Positions 1 through 9,430 of a DNA stretch of 64,000 nucleotides are shown here, one piece after another. The stretch spans positions 18,611 to 82,610 of the forward strand of contig WHSU01000014.1 of assembly GCA_009379925.1 (NCBI GenBank), read 5' to 3'. This DNA comes from Dehalococcoidia bacterium. GTDB lineage: Bacteria > Chloroflexota > Dehalococcoidia > UBA2979. Each line of letters begins with the position of its first letter. The first letter of the stretch is position 1. A program made the translations under genes and the position numbers. The notes under the pieces are model-generated. The model was not told the DNA's origin and ran no database searches. It saw nothing but the letters and a program-made list of their open reading frames with translations.

Positions 1-352
1 CGAGTGCATGCGCGTACTCGCGCGGCGCGACGTCTCCAGACGGCACAGGCTCGTAGTAGGTCCACAGGGTGACGGCAAAGCCGTCACGCACGTAGACCCG
101 CGGTTCCACTCGAGGATCAAGCTCAGCGACGGGGCTATCGGTTTCGGCGAGCCGCCGAGCGACCTCGACTTCGAACGCCGCGCCTGCCTGATGGGCTACA
201 GGGGCGACCCGCGCGAGAACATCACAAGGCAGCAAGCGCACAGCGAGGCGGTTCGAATCGTGAAGAACAACCGCGTCTTCGACCTTCAGGTCAAGCGCTG
301 AGGCCGTGGCCACACCGGCGGCCACGGCGAGCGGAACTTCTGCTGCCTTCAT
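1..352 (-). CDS. phosphotransferase (APH/homoserine-kinase-like) family protein, N-terminal part, runs off left edge
   Basis: Own translation of the minus strand from ATG (complement of 350-352) gives MKAAEVPLAVAAGVATASALDLKVEDAVVLHDSNRLAVRLLPCDVLARVAPVAHQAGAAFEVEVARRLAETDSPVAELDPRVEPRVYVRDGFAVTLWTYYEPV. This resembles the N-lobe of aminoglycoside-type phosphotransferases. A GGGAGAGGG purine run lies upstream. The listed + ORF 8..301 looks like its antisense shadow. Confidence 0.5.
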   Translation of the reverse strand, partial: MKAAEVPLAVAAGVATASALDLKVEDAVVLHDSNRLAVRLLPCDVLARVAPVAHQAGAAFEVEVARRLAETDSPVAELDPRVEPRVYVRDGFAVTLWTYYEPVPSGDVAPREYAHAL

Positions 353-564
353 CGTCGCCTCGTCCCTCTCCCGGCGGAGTTTTCACCACCGAGCTATTGC
401 TTGAGAGTGCCTGCTGGCGCGTATCTTCGTCGAGCATCCGCGCTCACTCGGCGCGCTGACGCTCCGCCGCAGACGGACCGCGACGGTCGCACTGATGGCG
501 GATCACCGCAATCTGACAGCTGGCAGCCCGGACAGGGTTGGGCGCAGCGAGGTGACAAGCACCG

Positions 565-923
565 ATGAGCACCGGGACGCCCGAGGGTTGGCACAGCGTT
601 ACGCCTCGACTGGTTGTCCAGGATCCGGCGCGGCTCGTGGACTTCCTCGCGGGAGCGTTCGGCGCGACCGGCGAGTACAGAGCCGACCGGCCCTCGGAGA
701 TGGCGATTGGTGACTCGATCGTCATGGTGAGCGGCGTCGATGTCCGGGAGCCGATGACAGCGTTCCTGTACCTCTACGTCGACGATACGGACGTGACATA
801 CCAGCGTGCCCTGGCGCTCGGGGCCGGGTCAGTTGAGGCGCCCACGGACACACCGTACGGCGACCGTCGCGCGATGATCGCGGCAACCTGTGGCAGATCG
901 CCACCCGGCAGGCCGGTGTCTGA
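565..923 (+). pseudogene. VOC/glyoxalase-bleomycin-resistance family protein with a frame break near 870-881
   Basis: The ORF from 565 reads ...FLYLYVDDTDVTYQRALALGAGSVEAPTDTPYGDRRAMI and then turns into Arg/Pro-rich text. The adjacent frame reads RDDRGNLWQIATRQAGV* (stop 921-923), the usual C-terminus (GNxWxIAT) of this family. A 1-nt indel would join the two frames. Confidence 0.6.
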
Positions 924-998
924 GGGCGTCGCACCGCCCGGCGGCCCGCCCGATCTCCCCGCGTGTGCTAGGCTCCCGCGCGCACCGAGGAGGCAGGC

Positions 999-1763
999 AT
1001 GTATCCACCCTACGAAGGCCAGATCGCCGAGACCATGACGTATCGCGGGCACCACGGCGACGAGGTCTCCGCATACCTCGCGCGGCCGCTGGGCCCGGGA
1101 CCGTTCCCCGGCGTGGTCGTGCTGCACCACATGCCCGGATGGGATGAGGGCACCAAGGAGATCACCCGCAAGCTCGCGCATCACTGCTACGTAGCCATCT
1201 GCCCCAACCTGCACCACCGCGAGGGGCCGGGTGCGCCGGACGAGGTGGCAGCGCTCACGCGGTCTCAGGGCGGCGTCCCGGACGACCGGCTGGTCGGGGA
1301 CGTGGACGGCGCCGCGAGCTACCTGCGCTCGATGCCCGTGGCCAGCGGGAAGGTCGGCATCATAGGCTTCTGCTCGGGCGGGCGGCAGGTGGTGCTGGCG
1401 GCCTCGCGGTTGACCTCGCTGGACGCGGCCGTCGACTGCTGGGGCGGGCGCGTGATCGCCGCGCCCGACCAGGTCACGGAACGGCAACCGGTCGCGCCCA
1501 TCGACCTCACGGCCGACCTCGCATGCCCGCTGCTCGGCATCTTCGGCGCGGACGACCGCAGCCCGACGCCGGAGCAGGTAGCGGAGCACGAGGAAGCGCT
1601 CAAGCGTCACGGCAAGACGTACGAGTTCCACATGTACGACGGCGCCGGCCACGGCTTCTTCGCCACCGACCGCCCCGGCTATCGTCCCGTGCAGGCGACC
1701 GAGGCGTGGGGCGAGGTCTTCAAGTGGTACGCGCGCTACCTGAGTGGCGAGGAGGTCCAGTGA
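999..1763 (+). CDS. dienelactone hydrolase family protein
   Basis: 254 aa. N-terminal YLARPLGPGPFPGVVVLHHMPGWDEGTKEITRKLAHHCYVAICPNL and GIIGFCSGGR nucleophile-elbow-like motif, with C-terminal YDGAGHGF. This is the typical DLH layout. Confidence 0.85.
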   Translation: MYPPYEGQIAETMTYRGHHGDEVSAYLARPLGPGPFPGVVVLHHMPGWDEGTKEITRKLAHHCYVAICPNLHHREGPGAPDEVAALTRSQGGVPDDRLVGDVDGAASYLRSMPVASGKVGIIGFCSGGRQVVLAASRLTSLDAAVDCWGGRVIAAPDQVTERQPVAPIDLTADLACPLLGIFGADDRSPTPEQVAEHEEALKRHGKTYEFHMYDGAGHGFFATDRPGYRPVQATEAWGEVFKWYARYLSGEEVQ

Positions 1764-2026
1764 TGTGCACGTGGATCGTAGAGAAGGCGCCGCTCTCGGG
1801 CAGCGGACGCAACTCGGATGGCTGGTTCTCGGTGCGGCAGGCGAATGTCACGTACGACCATCCGTGCCACGCGCCGCTGGACCACGCGCTGATCATCGAC
1901 TTTGTCGAGGACCCGGACCGCGTGGCGCAGCGAGTCGCCGTCGAACTGACGGCGGACTCGGCGCGGCGCCTGGTGGCGAGCATCAACGCGGCGCTCGCGT
2001 CCGGCGACGAGGCGCACGAGGGGTAG
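1763..2026 (+). CDS. small conserved hypothetical protein (87 aa), translationally coupled to DLH
   Basis: The ATG at 1763 overlaps the DLH stop (TGATG). Sequence MCTWIVEKAPLSGSGRNSDGWFSVRQANVTYDHPCHAPLDHALIIDF... From memory it resembles DUF6295-type small actinobacterial proteins; this is unverified. Confidence 0.5.
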   Translation: MCTWIVEKAPLSGSGRNSDGWFSVRQANVTYDHPCHAPLDHALIIDFVEDPDRVAQRVAVELTADSARRLVASINAALASGDEAHEG

Positions 2027-2051
2027 CCGACCGGCCAGCAGGCGCCGGTCG

Positions 2052-2507
2052 CTACTCGGTGACGAGCGCCACCGCCTCGCGCAGTTGCTGCGCTACGCGG
2101 GCACGGTGCGCATCGTCCTCGTAGGGGTTGCGAGGCCAGAAGAAGCCGCGCAGGCCGTCCTTGAAGCGCCGCGGGATCACGTGGACGTGGAGGTGTGGGA
2201 CGCTCTGACTGACCCGGTTATTGACGGAGACGAACGTGCCGTCCGCGTCCATCGCTCCCTCGACCGCCTTCGACAGGGTCCGGGCGTCCTCGAACAGTGG
2301 CGCCACGAGGTCAACCGGCAGCTCGCCAAGCACCTCGTGATGCTCGCGGGGAATCAGCAGTACATGGCCGGGGAACAGGGGCCGGTGGTCCAGGAACCCG
2401 AGCGTCGCTTCCCCTTCGAAGACGACGTCCGCGTCGATGTCGCCCGCGACGATGCGGCAGAAGGTGCACGGCTTACTGGTCACGGAAGCCTCCAGGGTGG
2501 CCGTCAT
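2052..2507 (-). CDS. HIT (histidine triad) family hydrolase
   Basis: 151 aa with CTFCRI near the N-terminus and the histidine triad signature VPHLHVHVIPR. Confidence 0.9.
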   Translation of the reverse strand: MTATLEASVTSKPCTFCRIVAGDIDADVVFEGEATLGFLDHRPLFPGHVLLIPREHHEVLGELPVDLVAPLFEDARTLSKAVEGAMDADGTFVSVNNRVSQSVPHLHVHVIPRRFKDGLRGFFWPRNPYEDDAHRARVAQQLREAVALVTE

Positions 2508-2569
2508 CGGGCTTGAGCGGACGACCGGCAGTCTTCACCATCCCGCGCTCCATGGTGCATCATCTGGTC

Positions 2570-2839
2570 ATGGCTTCCTCAAAGCGCTTCCATCTGATGC
2601 TCGACGAGGAGCTCTACGCCGCGATCGACCGCCAGACGCGACTGGAGGGTGTGTCGAAGGCGGCGTTGCTGCGCGGCTTTGCTCGCGAACACCTCGGACT
2701 GCTGCCTCCGATCCAGGAGGATCCGTTGTGGATGCTCGTGGGAGCTGCATCGGACCCACTCGACGACGGCGAACCGGTCGACATCGACGAGGTCGTCTAC
2801 GGCAAGAAGGCGCCGCGCACGCCAGACACGCTCAGGTAG
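2570..2839 (+). CDS. ribbon-helix-helix (CopG/VapB-like) protein, no adjacent toxin
   Basis: MASSKRFHLMLDEELYAAIDRQTRLEGVSKAALLRGFAREHL has the RHH beta-strand plus two-helix pattern. I chose the ATG at 2570 (alternative 2552) inside the long 2297..2839 ORF. Confidence 0.65.
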   Translation: MASSKRFHLMLDEELYAAIDRQTRLEGVSKAALLRGFAREHLGLLPPIQEDPLWMLVGAASDPLDDGEPVDIDEVVYGKKAPRTPDTLR

Positions 2840-2850
2840 TGCGGTCGGGC

Positions 2851-5217
2851 CTACGCCGTCGGGCTGACCGTGCGGGTTGCGGTCTCCTGCTCGCGTGAGC
2901 GCATCGAGCGGGCTGCCTCCACCATGTGCTCCAGGGCGGGCTCGACTTCCTCGTAGCGGCGGGTCTTGAGGCCGCAGTCCGGGTTCACCCAGACCAGGTC
3001 GCGCTTCAGCACCTGCACGGCGTCGCGCAAGCGCGCCGCCATCTCCTCGGACGGCGGGACGCGCGGGGAGTGGATGTCGTAGACGCCCGGGCCGATCTCC
3101 TTGTCGTATTCGAAGTCACGGAAGACCTGCAGCAGCTCCTCGTCCGAGCGGGAGTTCTCGATCGAGATCACGTCGGCGTCGAGGTCGGAGATCGCCTCGA
3201 TGATGTCGTTGAACTCGGCGTAGCACATGTGCGTGTGGATCTGAGTGTCGTCACGGACACCCGAGGCGGAGAGCCGGAAGCACGGCACCGCCCACGCGAG
3301 GTAGCCCGTCCAGTCCGACTGGCGCAGTGGGAGCCCCTCCCGCAGCGCCGGTTCGTCGATCTGGATGACCTCGATCCCTGCCGATTCCAGGTCCACGACT
3401 TCGTCGCGGATCGCCAGGGCGATTTGCCGGCAGGTCTCCGCTCGCGGCTGGTCGTCGCGGACGAAGGACCAGTTGAGGATGGTCACCGGTCCCGTCAGCA
3501 TGCCCTTCATCGGGCGGTCCGTCAGCGACTGCGCGTACTGTGCCCAGCGCACGGTCATCGGGCCGGGCCGCGAGACATCGCCGAAGATGATCGGCGGCTT
3601 CACGTAGCGTGAGCCGTATGACTGCACCCAGCCGTTCCGCGTAAACGCGAACCCTTCGAGTTGCTCGCCGAAGTACTCGACCATGTCATTGCGCTCGGGC
3701 TCGCCGTGCACCAACACATCGAGGCCCAGCCGCTCCTGCAGGCGGACCACGCGCTCGACTTCCTGCTCGATCACCCGCTCGTACGCGGCCTCGTCGATGT
3801 CCCCGCGGTTGAAGTCGCGGCGCGCCCGGCGCAACTCGGGCGTCTGCGGAAAGGAGCCGATGGTGGTCGTCGGGTACTGCGGGAGTCCGAGGCGAGCGCG
3901 CTGGGCGGCCCGGCGCACCTCGACGGCGCCCTGACGGCGGTAGTCCGCGTCCGTCGTCTTCGCGACGCGCTCACGGACGCCCGTGTTGTTCGTTCGGGCC
4001 GAAGCGCGCCTGGACTCGAGCGCCGCGGCATTCGCCGCGAGCACGCTGGCCACGCCCTCCGCGTCCCGATCGTCGATGGCCCGCGCGAGCAACGCCACCT
4101 CGTCCACCTTCTGGTTGGCGAAGGCAAGCCAGGAGCGAAGCTGGTCGTCCAGGTCGCGTTCGCGCGACAGCTCCATGGGGGAGTGCATCAGGGAGCATGA
4201 AGTGGAGACGATCACCCGGTCGTTGCCGGCCAGCGAGCGCAGGTCCTCCAGTACCCCGAGCGAGCGGTCGAGGTCGTTGATCCAGACGTTGCGCCCGTCC
4301 ACGAGGCCCGCGACGAGATACTTCCCGCCGAGGCCATGCGCGCGCACCAGCTCCAGGTTGCGCTTCCCGCGGACGAAGTCGAGGCCGATGGCGTTGACGG
4401 GCAACTGGGTCAGCGCGTGGAACGACTCATCCACGTCGCCGAAGTAGGTCTGCACGAGTACGGCCGTCCCGCCCTCGGCGGCCCCGGCGGCGGCAGCGAG
4501 GCGCTGGTAGGCGCCCCGCAGCGCGGCCAGTTCGGCGGCGGTGCGGTCCTCGACGAGCACCGGCTCGTCGAACTGCACCCAGCGCGCACCCGCTTCGCGC
4601 AGCGAGCGAAGGACCTGCTCGTACACGGGCAGCAGCCGGTCCAGCATCGACAGTCGGTCGAAGTCGTGATCGACCTCGCCGGGGGCGCGGTGCACCTTGC
4701 CGAGCAGCAGGTAGGACACCGGGCCGAGCAGCACGGGGACCGTCTGGATGCCGGCCTCGCGCGCCTCGCGGTACTCGTCCAGCGCCTTGGTCGAGGCGAG
4801 CCGGAACTGCTGGTCCGCCGTGAATTCGGGGACGATGTAGTGGTAGTTCGTGTCGAACCACTTCGTCATCTCCATGGCGGTGACGTCGCGAGACTCGTCT
4901 TGCCGACCGCGCGCCATCGAGAAGTAGACGTCGAGGTCGACCGTCTCCTCTAGCTCGGGCCGCCAGTCGTAGCGCTCCGGCACGGCGCCGACCATCGCGG
5001 TGGTATCGAGCACCTGGTCGTAGAAGGAGAAGGTATTGGAGGGGATGAGGTCGATGCCGGCGTCCCGCATGCGCGTCCACGCCTCCAGCCGCAGGTCACG
5101 CGCGGTCTGTAGCAGCTCCTCGCGCGTCACCTTGCCGTCCCAGTAGCCCTCGGTCGCGCGCTTCAGCTCGCGACGCTGGCCGATGCGGGGGTAGCCGACG
5201 ATCGATGAGAGAGCCAT
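2851..5217 (-). CDS. metE: cobalamin-independent methionine synthase (5-methyltetrahydropteroyltriglutamate--homocysteine S-methyltransferase)
   Basis: 788 aa with two Meth_synt domains. N-terminus MALSSIVGYPRIGQRRELKRATEGYW, and C-terminal catalytic region with IQIDEPALREGLPL, THMCYAEF and WVNPDCGLKTR. Confidence 0.95.
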   Translation of the reverse strand: MALSSIVGYPRIGQRRELKRATEGYWDGKVTREELLQTARDLRLEAWTRMRDAGIDLIPSNTFSFYDQVLDTTAMVGAVPERYDWRPELEETVDLDVYFSMARGRQDESRDVTAMEMTKWFDTNYHYIVPEFTADQQFRLASTKALDEYREAREAGIQTVPVLLGPVSYLLLGKVHRAPGEVDHDFDRLSMLDRLLPVYEQVLRSLREAGARWVQFDEPVLVEDRTAAELAALRGAYQRLAAAAGAAEGGTAVLVQTYFGDVDESFHALTQLPVNAIGLDFVRGKRNLELVRAHGLGGKYLVAGLVDGRNVWINDLDRSLGVLEDLRSLAGNDRVIVSTSCSLMHSPMELSRERDLDDQLRSWLAFANQKVDEVALLARAIDDRDAEGVASVLAANAAALESRRASARTNNTGVRERVAKTTDADYRRQGAVEVRRAAQRARLGLPQYPTTTIGSFPQTPELRRARRDFNRGDIDEAAYERVIEQEVERVVRLQERLGLDVLVHGEPERNDMVEYFGEQLEGFAFTRNGWVQSYGSRYVKPPIIFGDVSRPGPMTVRWAQYAQSLTDRPMKGMLTGPVTILNWSFVRDDQPRAETCRQIALAIRDEVVDLESAGIEVIQIDEPALREGLPLRQSDWTGYLAWAVPCFRLSASGVRDDTQIHTHMCYAEFNDIIEAISDLDADVISIENSRSDEELLQVFRDFEYDKEIGPGVYDIHSPRVPPSEEMAARLRDAVQVLKRDLVWVNPDCGLKTRRYEEVEPALEHMVEAARSMRSREQETATRTVSPTA

Positions 5218-5435
5218 GCGCTGCCGTCCTCAGAGTCAGGGATGCGGAGAGGGATGCCTATCGTATGGCCGGTCACGGGTGCGGGCTAGGCAGAGTCGAG
5301 ACGACGCGGCCGGCGCCCGTAGGCAACGCGGCGCTTCCTGAGCGATGATGACCACCCGGCACCCGCGCCCACGAGGAGTGCCCCATCGGACTCGAACTCG
5401 ACATCTCGCGCTTCACGGTCGAGCAGGAACTCACG

Positions 5436-5891
5436 ATGCTCCTGCGTCTGCTGGTGGCCGGCGTGGCAGGTGGCATCGTGGGCTACGAGCGTAAGACCAC
5501 AGGCAAGCGCGCCGGGATCCGCACGATGTCGCTGGTCGCGATGGGCGCAGCAGTCTTCACCCTCGCTTCGCAGGTAGGGTTCCTCGGTGACGGCGTCGAC
5601 GCCTCGCGCGTGGCCTCGCAAGTGGCCACCGGCGTCGGGTTCATCGGCGCGGGCACGATCATCAGCAACGGCTGGGCCGTGCGAGGGCTGACGACCGCCG
5701 CCGCGATCTGGGCGTCGGCCGCGTTCGGCCTGGCCGCCGGCGCTGGGATGTTCATCCTCGCCATCGGCGGTGCGCTCATCGTCACCGCCGCGCTGGCGTT
5801 CATCCCACACGGCGACCTTGCCTACGAGGAGGAGGAGCGCGAGGTCGAGGAAGGCCGGCGCGAGCAGCGTCGCCCCGGCAGCGACGCATAG
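5436..5891 (+). CDS. MgtC/SapB family membrane protein
   Basis: MLLRLLVAGVAGGIVGYERKTTGKRAGIRTMSLVAMGAAVFT...ATGVGFIGAGTII is the canonical MgtC N-terminal domain. No in-frame start exists upstream (stop at 5349-5351). Confidence 0.85.
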   Translation: MLLRLLVAGVAGGIVGYERKTTGKRAGIRTMSLVAMGAAVFTLASQVGFLGDGVDASRVASQVATGVGFIGAGTIISNGWAVRGLTTAAAIWASAAFGLAAGAGMFILAIGGALIVTAALAFIPHGDLAYEEEEREVEEGRREQRRPGSDA

Positions 5892-5916
5892 CCGGTCGCC
5901 CCGTTCAGAGCACCCG

Positions 5917-6258
5917 TCAGAACGGCGCGGCGCCCTGTCCGGTCACCTCTAGCCGCTCGACGGCGGGCGACTCCGCCAGGGCGATGCGCACGAATCCCCG
6001 CGGGACCACCGCGCCCTCGCCGGGCGCGGCCGCCTGGGCCTCGAGCAGGCGCAGGGTGTAGACGTACTCCCCGCTGGGGAGGTGCTGCTCTCCGCCGGGC
6101 GGGCACGTGATGTGGCCACCCCACTGCACCCCACGGCCCTCAACCGCGCGCTTCCACAGCTCGGCCGCAACCTGCGCGATCAGCACTCCGTTCGTGTCGA
6201 CGAGTTCGGCCTGGCCGTCCCACGTGGCGTCGGTCACCTGGGTATGGGTATCGGTCAT
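5917..6258 (-). CDS. hypothetical protein (113 aa)
   Basis: ORF with balanced composition. Its ATG overlaps the stop of the upstream lipoprotein reading frame (ATGA at 6255-6258), which suggests coupling. Confidence 0.5.
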   Translation of the reverse strand: MTDTHTQVTDATWDGQAELVDTNGVLIAQVAAELWKRAVEGRGVQWGGHITCPPGGEQHLPSGEYVYTLRLLEAQAAAPGEGAVVPRGFVRIALAESPAVERLEVTGQGAAPF

Positions 6259-7147
6259 CGGGACCCCCCATCTGCCGGCCGTCCGTGGCGCGGAGGCCGT
6301 CCCGGGACGGGCCGACGATTCAGATTAGCACGGGCACGATTGGACGCCGCGTGTACCACCCGCCCATGGCCACGGGCTCTCCACCGGGCGACGTCAGCAT
6401 CAGCATGCCCGAACCCTTGAGCGTGTTCGCGTTCGCCAGCGACCTCGCCTTCGGGCTGGAACTCGAGGACTCGCTCCGCTCCTGCTACGTCTCGATGCGC
6501 ATCGCTGACCACCGCTTCGGATCGATCGCCACGCGGCACGACGCCACCCGATTCTTCTGCATTGGATGGGGCGGGCGTGGAGGTTGCCGTGCCCTCACGG
6601 GGAGCGGTGGCCGATCCGGACGAGGAGCGCCACGCCGGGCGGAGCTCGACGATCTCCACGCGTTGTCCGAGCACCGTGTCCTCTCCGGCCCTGCGGATGT
6701 CCACGTCACCGCCTCGGCCGCGCCACTCGTCGATGAAGGCATCGATGCCCGGCGCGTTCGCGGGGCCGACCGGCGCGTTGAAGGTGGTGATAGGACCGCA
6801 CCGTCGGGGAAACCGAGGTCCTGCTCTCTGTACGTCCGCGAGCGGTCGTCGTAGCCCCAGCTCGAGTCGCCATCGAACACCGTGACGCGCGTCCCGGCGT
6901 CGAGGCTGGGCCCGGTGGCCTCGAACTCCCAGCGCCATCGCTGCCGCTCGTCGCTGTACCACCATCGAATCGCGGTCGTGTCCGCGCGCGATTCGATGTG
7001 CGCGAGCGGATCGTCCGGCTGTGGCTCGACCTCGACTCGGATCTCCGCATAGAAGTCGCGGCTGTCCGCTTCCCTATCGTCCGTGCATCCCAGCGCGAAG
7101 AGCGGGGAGGCACCGAGCAGCAACAGTCCGAGACGCGGAATGGTCAT
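6255..7147 (-). pseudogene. putative lipoprotein (LolA/DUF4367-like sorting-fold, tentative) with at least one frame break
   Basis: N-terminus MTIPRLGLLLLGASPLFALGC has a signal peptide plus lipobox. Frame A is protein-like to ...YREQDLGFPDGAV (about 6800) and then becomes Arg/Ser/Pro-rich. The neighbouring frame continues plausibly (ITTFNAPVGPANAPGIDAFIDEWRGRGGDVDIRRAGEDTVLGQRVEIVELRP) and runs to 6255, where it couples by ATGA to the next gene. Confidence 0.5.
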
Positions 7148-7650
7148 GCGGAGGACGCCTCCAATGAACGCTCGGCCGCCTTGCGCAGGACATCGGCGAG
7201 AGCCAGGTCGAGCGTGGGATGCGCGAACTCGAAGCCGGCCTCGATGAGTCGCGCGGGCACAGCTCGCGTGCTCGCAAGCAGCAACTCGTCCGCGGCCTGA
7301 CCGAGCATGAGCCGCAAGGCGAAGCCGGGCGTCGGGAGGATCGCTGGGCGGTGCAGCGTCCGCGCGAGCGCCTTCATGAACTCGCCGTTCCTCATCACCT
7401 CGAGGGCGACCACGTTCAGCGCGCCCTTGACGTCATGCACGAGCGCGAGTTCCAGCGCACGAACCGTGTCAGCCAGGGTGACCCACGGCATCCATTGCCG
7501 GCCGCTCCCCAGCGGGCCGCCGACCAGGCGGACTGAGAGCAGCATCCGCGGCAGCGCGCCGCCCTTGCGGGAGAGGATCACCCCGACACGTGGGGTGACC
7601 ACTCGGATCCCGAGGCGTTCCGCGCCGAGAGCAGTACGACTAATCCGCCG
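7144..7650 (-). pseudogene. 5'-truncated YfcH/TIGR01777-like epimerase family gene (C-terminal DUF1731 half only)
   Basis: Only the last ~165 codons are family-like (LGIRVVTPRVGVILSRKGGALPRMLLSVRLVGGPLGSGRQWMPWVTLADTV...PARLIEAGFEFAHPTLDLALADVL). The upstream 80 codons of ORF 7144..7878 (MRIPQGSNDAPRHRQRHERPPF...) are non-homologous read-through. The Rossmann N-terminal half is absent. Confidence 0.65.
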
Positions 7651-7819
7651 ATTCCCAGGGCCAGCTTTCGTCTCATGATTCGAGGCTAAACAAAGGATCC
7701 ACAGCTGCCCACCCCGAGAGCGGGACCTGAGGATATGGGGGTAATCGGGGGTGGATTTGATAGACGCTGGGGGGTGGATGTGGGAATGTGCGTGGTGGTC
7801 CCATCTGGGCCGGAAAGGT

Positions 7820-7934
7820 GGTCTTTCATGTCTTTGACGATGGCGTGGTGCATCGTTGCTTCCTTGTGGAATCCGCACTTCTCAAGGGCACGACCGGATA
7901 CAGAGAGGCAGGACATGATCACCTTGCCTACCCT
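7820..7934 (-). pseudogene. GNAT acetyltransferase C-terminal remnant
   Basis: Within ORF 7686..7964 the stretch VIMSCLSVSGRALEKCGFHKEATMHHAIVKD matches the usual RimJ/RimL-type tail (N.aS.r.lEK.GF..EG). No acetyl-CoA-binding core lies upstream. Confidence 0.35.
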
Positions 7935-7966
7935 TGACAGCCCGATGGGTTGACCAAGGAGCAAAC

Positions 7967-8578
7967 ATGCCGCTTCTGGCTGCGCAGATGTTCATTACCC
8001 TTGACGGAGTAGTCCAGGCTCCGGGACATCCCGACGAGGATCCAAGAGGTGGATTCGGTCATGGAGGGTGGCACATGCCCTTCCACAGCCAGGCGGCCCA
8101 GGACTGGATTGTGCGGAACAACGAGCACGCAAGCGCGTATCTGCTCGGACGAAGAACCTACGACTTCTTCAAAGACTTCTGGCCTCACGCCAGCGAGGAT
8201 CAAGTCGGCCCTCTAGCGCGCCTCATGAACGACAGAACCAAATGGGTGGTGTCCTCGTCGCTCACCGAGCCGTTGCCCTGGGCGCACTCGAGGCTCGTAG
8301 CTGGCGCAGACCCAACGCAGGCACTACGCGAGTTGAAGACAACCAGCGAAGGCGACCTCCTACTATTGGGTAGCACCCGTCTCACCAATGCTCTCCTGGC
8401 TTCCGGGCTCATCGACACCCTCCACTCGATCCTCGACCCCATCGTTATCGCCAGCGGGGAGCGCCTATTCCCAAGCGATGGGGATGCCCCTTCACGATGG
8501 ACACTGCTCGAAAACCTATCCACCCCCACCGGGGCGGCGCTGCTGACCTATGAGATAGTTGAATCCCCCGGCCGCTAG
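7967..8578 (+). CDS. dihydrofolate reductase family protein (RibD C-terminal domain type)
   Basis: MPLLAAQMFITLDGVVQAPG...YLLGRRTYDFFKDFWPHA...DLLLLGSTRLTNALLASGLIDTLHSILDPIVIASGERLFP. The AAGGAG SD lies 5 nt before the ATG at 7967. GC is visibly lower than the flanks. Confidence 0.8.
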   Translation: MPLLAAQMFITLDGVVQAPGHPDEDPRGGFGHGGWHMPFHSQAAQDWIVRNNEHASAYLLGRRTYDFFKDFWPHASEDQVGPLARLMNDRTKWVVSSSLTEPLPWAHSRLVAGADPTQALRELKTTSEGDLLLLGSTRLTNALLASGLIDTLHSILDPIVIASGERLFPSDGDAPSRWTLLENLSTPTGAALLTYEIVESPGR

Positions 8579-8694
8579 GAGGCATCCGATAGGGTGCGCA
8601 TAACGTTCATACCCCGACGGCGTCGGAGGCACAGCGAGGCAGCGCATAGCCGGCATTTCGTTGCGGTTCGATATCTCGAACTAGCTCACTCCCC

Positions 8695-8928
8695 GTGAGC
8701 AGTCGCGTCAGTCGATCTGTCGTCCGTCTCTGGCGCAGCAAGTCCGTCCGGTACGAGGAGTTGCGCGTGCTCTGGGAGTACGCCGGCGGGACTGCCCGTT
8801 CGACCGGTGGCAGCCACCACGTGTTCCGGTTCGGGTCGGCGCGTGTCACCGTCCCGTTCCGACGTCCGGTGCTCCGACGCGTGTACGTCGAGGCCGCCCT
8901 CGATGCCCTGGAGGAGGCACTGCAATGA
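8695..8928 (+). CDS. hicA: type II toxin HicA family
   Basis: 77 aa with the GGSHHVFRFGSARVTVPFRRP core (GSHxxF...tvP). The stop overlaps the hicB start (ATGA at 8925-8928). Confidence 0.7.
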   Translation: MSSRVSRSVVRLWRSKSVRYEELRVLWEYAGGTARSTGGSHHVFRFGSARVTVPFRRPVLRRVYVEAALDALEEALQ

Positions 8929-9365
8929 CGCAGGCCGAGCCGGATCTGAGGAGTCGAGCGGAGGAGCTGGCCGCCCGGCCCTACCGTCGCGTGCTGATCC
9001 CGGACGAAGACGGCGTCTACTTCGCCGAAGCGCCAGAGCTGCCCGGCGCGATGACCGAGGGCGACTCCCCGCTCGACGCCCTCGAGATGCTGGACGACGC
9101 CATCCTCGCGTGGATCCTCGATGCGCTGGAGGACGGCAAGCCGGTCCCGGAGCCCTCGAGCGACCGTGACGGCCCCAGCGGCCGCTTCGTCGCCCGCGTC
9201 CCTCGCACCCTCCACCGCCGCCTCGCGGAAGCCGCCGAAGCAGAGGGCGTGTCCCTCAACGCTCTGTGCAACGCCTACCTCGCAGAGGGCCCCGCGAGGC
9301 GCGACGTGCTGCGGATCGCCGAGAAGCGGATCGATTACGCGTTGCGGGAGCGGCCAACGGCGTAG
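8925..9365 (+). CDS. hicB: type II antitoxin HicB family (HicB fold + C-terminal RHH)
   Basis: YRRVLIPDEDGVYFAEAPELPGAMTEGDSPLDALEMLDDAILAWILDALEDGKPVPEP followed by RFVARVPRTLHRRLAEAAEAEGVSLNALCNAYLAEG. Confidence 0.8.
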   Translation: MTQAEPDLRSRAEELAARPYRRVLIPDEDGVYFAEAPELPGAMTEGDSPLDALEMLDDAILAWILDALEDGKPVPEPSSDRDGPSGRFVARVPRTLHRRLAEAAEAEGVSLNALCNAYLAEGPARRDVLRIAEKRIDYALRERPTA

Positions 9366-9430
9366 AGGGCATTGCCTGCCCGGCCGACCGGCTGATGTTT
9401 GTTGGCTTCTTGCAAGGACGGGCGGAACGT

